A stretch of 10,685 bases of DNA, from contig JADFSZ010000045.1 in the NCBI GenBank assembly GCA_022560555.1, forward strand, positions 1-10,685. The letters run 5' to 3'. Source of the stretch: PVC group bacterium (lineage in GTDB: Bacteria; GCA-001730085; JADFSZ01). This document shows positions 6,106 to 10,685 of this stretch, in pieces (position 1 is the stretch's first letter; each line of letters begins with the position of its first letter). The notes under the pieces are model-generated. The model worked only from the letters and a program-made list of their open reading frames with translations. It made no database searches and was not told the DNA's origin. The position numbers were made by a program, and so were the translations under genes.

Positions 6106-8759
6106 ATGTCTTTGCAATATACTCCCATGATTGAGCAGTATCTTTCCATCAAAAATAAGATCAAAGATACGATACTTTTTTTCCGGCTTGGCGATTTTTA
6201 TGAAATGTTTTTCGAGGATGCCAAAATAGCTTCACGTGTGCTGGACCTCACACTGACGGCCCGTGACGGCGGGAAAGGCATCAAGGTTCCTATGGCCGGG
6301 CTTCCTTATCACGCGGCCGAGAATTATATTCATCGCCTTATCAAGGCGGGGCATAAAGTGGCTATATGCGAACAGGTCGAAGATCCCCATCTGTCAAAAG
6401 GGCTGGTCAAGCGAGAGATAGTGCGCACAATTACGCCCGGCACAGCTGTAGCTCATTCGGTTTTGGACTCTAAGGACAATAATTTTTTAGCTTCAGTCAA
6501 TCAGTTTCAAAACGAAATTGGAATTTCCTGGGCAGATGTTTCCACGGGAGAATTTTTCCTCTCTTCACTGTCCTCGTACGACCAGGTCCGTCAGCTTTAT
6601 CAAAATTTCAGATCAAAGAAATTATTTTGCCGGAAGGCCTGGACCCTGCAAATCCGTTAGCCCGTTTGGCGGAATTGCCCGATATTCTTATAACGAAATA
6701 TGATTGTTCATGTTTTATTCCAGACCTGGCTGAGAAGGTTCTCAAAGAGCACTTTCATGTGCATGCGTTGGAGGGTATGTTGGGGACTCATGTATCCTTG
6801 TCGGCGCTTGGCGCGGCCGGAGCTATTGTGAATTATTTGAAAGAACTACACAAAGATCAATTGGGACACATAAATCGTATCAAGCTTTATACGGAAACGG
6901 ATTTTATGGTTCTCGACAGTGCGAGCGAAAGAAATTTAGAGCTTGTAAGAAATCTTCGTAATCAAGGGAGAGATTGTACGCTCCTATCGGTAATGGATGA
7001 CACCCTGACATCGATGGGAGCTCGTCTTCTCAAACGCTGGATCTTGAATCCTTTGAAGAATATTTCCGAAATTGAAAAGCGTTTGGATGGGGTCGAAGAA
7101 TTTCGAGAGCATAAGGAACTGTTGCTGGATGTAAGAGATATTCTTCGGCCTATTAATGATATGGAGCGTATTGTGGGCCGTCTTGAGTGTGGACTTGCCA
7201 ACGCGCGGGATCTGTTATCCTTGTCTCAGTCCATAGAACATATTAAAAAACTTCAGTCTTTGTCCGGTCCCGCGCCAAAATCCGTTTTTGAAAACATTAA
7301 AAATAAGATCCCTGATTTGGGGCAGGTCAAAGAATTTATTGATAAAACGATACGTAAGGATGCGCCGATGACACTCAAAGACGGGCATCTCATAAAAGAA
7401 GGGTATGACACAGATCTTGATGAATTGAGATCGATCGCCGGAGGTGGTAAGGATTGGATAAGAAATCTACAGCTAAAAGAGATTGAGAGGACAGGGATTA
7501 AGTCCTTAAAAGTGCGTTATAATAAAGTTTTTGGGTATTATATTGAGGTGACAAAAACAAATATGGATTTTGTCCCGGATGATTATATTCGAAAGCAAAC
7601 ATTGGTGAACGCCGAGAGATTTATCACGCCGGAATTAAAAGAGAAAGAAGCTTTGGTGTTGGGGGCACAGGAAAAGATTGTAGGCCTCGAGTATGACATT
7701 TTTATGAAGATCAGATCTCAAGTGTGCCGGGATACGAAACCTATTCAAAAAACGTCACGTTTAATTGCTTTTGTGGATAGCCTGACAGGCTTGGCCGCAG
7801 TGGCTGTGAAAAACGGATATGTTCGACCTGAGATTACCGAGGACGATACGATCCTCATTGAGGAGGGACGACATCCTGTGGTTGAACAATTGCTTGAACA
7901 AGGGCATTTTATCGCGAACGATACGTGCTTTGATCATGATCAAAATCGATTGCTTGTGATTACAGGCCCGAACATGGCGGGTAAATCGACGTATATCCGA
8001 CAAGTCGCTTTGATTACTATTATGGCGCAAATGGGAAGTTTTGTTCCGGCTAAGAAAGCAAACATTGGTTTGGTTGATCGGATCTTTACGCGCGTGGGTG
8101 CCAGCGATGAATTATCCAAGGGAGCAAGTACCTTTATGGTCGAAATGATTGAAGTGGCCAATATTCTTAACAACGCGACCGACAAAAGCCTTATTATTTT
8201 AGACGAAGTGGGGAGAGGCACAAGCACATTTGATGGTGTTAGTATTGCTTGGGCTGTTGCGGAATACATTCATGATGAACGGCATGTGGGGGCGCGGACC
8301 TTATTTGCGACTCATTATCATGAGCTGACAGAACTCGAACTGCTTTTGCCAAAAGTGAAAAATTATAATATATCCGTCAAAGAATGGGATGATGAAATAA
8401 TATTTTTGAGAAAAATTGTGCCGGGAGGAACCGATAAAAGTTACGGAATCCATGTTGCGCGTCTCGCTGGTTTACCGAAAGTTGTGATCGAAAGGGCAAA
8501 AGAGATATTGGCAAACTTGGAGATGGCTTCTTTAGACGAAAAAGGTTTGCCGTCATTTGCTAAGGCGCCTTCGGGAGCCCCATCCGTCTCCAAAGCAGAT
8601 TCGGGCCAGTTGACATTTTATCAGGACTTGAAACATCCGATTGTTGAAAAAATCGAAAGGCTCGATGTGGATCGTATGACACCGATGGAAGCCCTGCAAT
8701 TTATATCAGAAATCAAAAAAGAGACCAAAAATTTCATGCAGACTCAAGGGAAATCATGA
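6106..8759 (+). pseudogene. mutS: MutS DNA mismatch-repair ATPase, split by a single -1 frame break near 6596-6609 (true frameshift, recoding, or assembly error)
   Basis: The N-terminal fragment, 6106-6660 in frame 1, carries mismatch-binding domain I with GDFYEMFFEDA (Phe-x-Glu at 6196-6204). The remainder is in frame 3, which is open from 6483; the ORF track starts it at TTG 6627. It carries LLDVMD-type core, Walker A GPNMAGKST (7965-7991), DEVGRGTSTFDG, FATHYHEL and the C-terminal clamp-type motif QLTFY (8607-8621). Frame 3 reads ...KFQIKEIILPEGLDP, the conserved 'EILLPE' segment, directly after frame 1 ...STGEFFLSSLSSYDQVRQL. The span is 2654 nt, so one added nucleotide gives an 884-aa MutS. 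Confidence 0.93.
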
Positions 8760-10552
8760 AAACTTTGAAAGAAAAAATCCGTGTTTTGCCTGAACAGGTA
8801 GCCAATAAAATTGCTGCCGGTGAAGTGATCGCGCGGCCGGCGTCCGTTGTCAAAGAGCTGGTCGAAAACTCTCTGGATGCCGGGGCTACAAAAATTTCTG
8901 TTGAAATCCGCTCATATGGCTTAGGGATGATCCGGGTGACGGATAATGGGCGCGGAATGAGCCGGGAAGATTTGGAAATGGCATTTTTGCGTCACGCGAC
9001 AAGCAAGATTCAGTCTGATAAAGATTTAAACAATATACAAACGTTTGGTTTTCGAGGGGAAGCTTTGCCTTCGATCGCGGCCGTTTCTTTTGTTCAAGCT
9101 GTCTCTTGTGAAGAGTCTTCCCATGAAGCGTGGCAAGGGCTCATTGAAGGCGGGTGTCATCAGGCTCTGACTCAAGTTAACCCCCGTTGCGGGACAGAAA
9201 TTACTGTGACACGTCTGTTTTTTAATACTCCCGCGCGGAAAAAATTTCTCAAAGCTCCCAGCACGGAGTTTGGACATATCATAAAGGTCATGGAGAAAGT
9301 TTTATTGTCTCAGCCCGAGGTCAGTTTGTCTTTACATCATGACCAAAAGAAAACGATGATCTATGAAGCCAATGGCAAAAAAACTGATTTTCTTCGGGAA
9401 GTTATGGGACGGGAATTTTTTGAGAAAAATATTGAGATATCTTCCGAATTTCCCTCGATCAAGGTGCGAGGTTTTATTAGCGATCCGTCGCTGACCCGTC
9501 CTAACAGGGCCCATCAGTATTTTTTCGTGAACAAAAGACCGATCAGAAGCATTGGCTTGTCTATCGCGTTAAGCGCGGCTTATCAAACGTTGATCCCGCA
9601 CGGACGTTTTCCTATGGCGGTCATTTATTTAGATGTGGATTTTAGCCGTGTGGATGTGAATGTTCATCCGACAAAGGATGAAGTGCGATTTGACAATGAG
9701 CGTGATATCCAAAATTGTTTGATACGGGCTCTTCGTGACCGGATTTCGGGTTTTCGTTCCGTCATCCAAAATTCCGGCTCATCTATCCCGCAGGAAAGAC
9801 ATCAACAAATAGCGGACGCTGTCGCTTCATATGGACAACACAACAGAGCCGACAGACAGCCTGTTTTTGAAAAGTCACCCCCCACAAGCTTCCCGGGGAC
9901 AAAAAGCGATGGCATAGAGGACCTTTTTCGAACCCGTCGCGTATGTGAATCTTGGGATGCGGATGATATTAGCGAAGAAAAAGTATTTCAAATGAATAAT
10001 TCATACATTTTCCTTAAACTTGAAGATGGGTTTATCGTTTTTGATCAGCATGCGGCATGCGAACGCATCCATTTTGAAAGAATCAAGAAAAAGTACAGAG
10101 AGAAGGAAGTCGGATGTCAAACGCTTTTGATCCCTTTAAAAATTGATCTTTCTCCCAGTCGAAAGGCTCTTTTAGAAACGCATCAAGACCTTTTTAAAAA
10201 ACTCAAGATCAAAGTAGAACCTTTCGGTTCTGATGAATATGCGATTACCGAAATAAGCGATTTTTTGCCGAAGGATATTAATGTTAACGGTTTTTTGTCT
10301 GAAATTTTTGATTTAATTGAGAGTGACAAAAATATCGCCGAGAATCCCCTTCGCTCCCTTGAGCTGATTTACTATACGATGGCTTGTCACGCTTCCAGGC
10401 GCCTGAGGGAGAATCTCACAAAACGTGAAATGGTTCAGATCTGTCAGGACCTTCTGGGGCTTAAAACTCCCTTCACATGTCCCCATGGGCGTCCCGTGGG
10501 CGTCAAAATCACCTGGGAAAATCTCAACAAAATGTTTTACCGCTCTTCTTGA
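8756..10552 (+). CDS. mutL: MutL DNA mismatch-repair protein, endonuclease-proficient type
   Basis: 598 aa. GHKL ATPase motifs ELVENSLDAGA, DNGRGM, GFRGEALPSIA, GTEITVTRLFFNTPARKKF. C-terminal endonuclease motif DQHAACERIHFE (DQHAx2Ex4E, 10043-10078), ACHASRR, CPHGRP (10478-10495), and a clamp-type QTLLIPL (10118-10138). The ATG overlaps the mutS TGA (ATGA at 8756-8759). Confidence 0.95.
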   Translation: MKTLKEKIRVLPEQVANKIAAGEVIARPASVVKELVENSLDAGATKISVEIRSYGLGMIRVTDNGRGMSREDLEMAFLRHATSKIQSDKDLNNIQTFGFRGEALPSIAAVSFVQAVSCEESSHEAWQGLIEGGCHQALTQVNPRCGTEITVTRLFFNTPARKKFLKAPSTEFGHIIKVMEKVLLSQPEVSLSLHHDQKKTMIYEANGKKTDFLREVMGREFFEKNIEISSEFPSIKVRGFISDPSLTRPNRAHQYFFVNKRPIRSIGLSIALSAAYQTLIPHGRFPMAVIYLDVDFSRVDVNVHPTKDEVRFDNERDIQNCLIRALRDRISGFRSVIQNSGSSIPQERHQQIADAVASYGQHNRADRQPVFEKSPPTSFPGTKSDGIEDLFRTRRVCESWDADDISEEKVFQMNNSYIFLKLEDGFIVFDQHAACERIHFERIKKKYREKEVGCQTLLIPLKIDLSPSRKALLETHQDLFKKLKIKVEPFGSDEYAITEISDFLPKDINVNGFLSEIFDLIESDKNIAENPLRSLELIYYTMACHASRRLRENLTKREMVQICQDLLGLKTPFTCPHGRPVGVKITWENLNKMFYRSS

Positions 10553-10608
10553 AGACCGCTTAGCAAGCTCTTATCACATGTTTTCTTCCCCTTAAAAGCG
10601 AAAAAATC

Positions 10609-10637
10609 TTGACATTGTATTATAGTTTATATAATAT
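10609..10637 (+). promoter_or_regulatory. Near-consensus sigma70-type promoter directed rightward out of the window
   Basis: TTGACA at 10609-10614. TATAAT at 10630-10635 has a short 15-nt spacer; the overlapping TAATAT at 10632-10637 has a 17-nt spacer. A-tracts (AAAAGCGAAAAAATC, 10594-10608) sit upstream where an UP element would be. It lies in the intergenic region after the mutL stop. Confidence 0.5.
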
Positions 10638-10685
10638 TTAGAATGTATTGAAGTTATGAAAAATTTACACCCAAGCCTGTGATGT

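Noticed and set aside
6603-6609. Programmed -1 ribosomal frameshifting as the primary explanation for split mutS (heptamer A AAT TTC)
   Set aside because: I kept this as an alternative but did not call it. There is no convincing downstream stem-loop or pseudoknot at the usual 5-9 nt spacing; I found only a 5-bp TTTGC/GCAAA pairing starting 16 nt away. mutS is not known to be recoded. The heptamer is also what a 1-nt deletion in an A5-T3 run would leave behind.
470-6703. Same-strand out-of-frame ORFs 470-679, 2323-2514, 2851-3078 and 6518-6703
   Set aside because: They are embedded in the ftsW, murC and mutS coding frames, which carry the conserved motifs. The alternative-frame translations have no family resemblance. 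6518-6703 is in frame 2, which is not the frame needed to rejoin mutS.
1238-9514. Ten minus-strand ORFs of 60-112 aa (1238-1516, 2053-2286, 2679-2939, 4744-5082, 5179-5421, 6962-7201, 7761-8030, 7940-8269, 9026-9277, 9332-9514)
   Set aside because: Each lies antisense to a strongly conserved + strand gene. Their translations are low-complexity and R/S/K-rich with no recognisable motif, as expected for shadow ORFs. There is no independent promoter or SD evidence.
10553-10600. Terminator after mutL
   Set aside because: Only trivial hairpins are present: GCTT-agc-AAGC, and TCTTC-tt-GAAGA straddling the stop codon. They have stems of 5 bp or fewer, tiny loops and no following T-tract.
10656-10682. 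8-codon ORF MKNLHPSL as a gene or leader peptide
   Set aside because: It is too short, has no SD and no recognisable context, and cannot be distinguished from chance at the window edge.
1-10685. Search by eye for CRISPR repeats, tandem or terminal inverted repeats, integrase, transposase or phage genes, toxin-antitoxin or defence modules, and tRNA/rRNA
   Set aside because: None were found. Every ORF over 100 aa is accounted for by a housekeeping family, and the intergenic space totals only about 400 nt. The window does not look like an accessory or mobile region.
1-10685. Assigning the organism to a specific phylum (for example a chlamydia-like or other PVC bacterium) from AT-richness, weak SD usage and absence of ftsQAZ after ddl
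   Set aside because: The evidence is suggestive only. It cannot be established without database searches or phylogeny, and murC and ddl are unfused here, unlike in Chlamydiaceae.

Overview
All credible features lie on the + strand. The window reads as core housekeeping DNA from a moderately AT-rich bacterium. Left to right: (1) the distal end of a division/cell-wall (dcw) cluster, ftsW (3' part)-murG-murC-ddl, tightly packed or overlapping; (2) a COG4760/PF12811 'Bax-inhibitor-1-like' membrane protein gene broken by two compensating frameshifts; (3) a weak hairpin terminator and a 165-nt AT-rich spacer; (4) an orphan FlhG/MinD-type deviant-Walker-A ATPase; (5) a mutS-mutL mismatch-repair pair with an ATGA stop/start overlap, in which mutS is split by one -1 frame break; (6) a near-consensus sigma70-type promoter at the right edge. 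I see no rRNA or tRNA, no CRISPR array, no transposase, integrase or terminal repeats, and no recognisable defence or toxin genes. I do not find a novel multi-gene system here and will not invent one. Four things deserve a second look. First, there are three frame disruptions, all at short mononucleotide runs, and one is in the mismatch-repair gene mutS itself. Second, murG has no canonical start codon upstream of its essential N-terminal G-loop; ATT preceded by AAGGAG is the best candidate. Third, the dcw cluster stops at ddl with no ftsQ/ftsA/ftsZ, and an orphan MinD/FlhG-like ATPase carrying a C-terminal amphipathic helix lies nearby. Fourth, a strong promoter fires out of the window with no ORF behind it. 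Whether the frame breaks are biological or assembly errors cannot be decided from this sequence alone.
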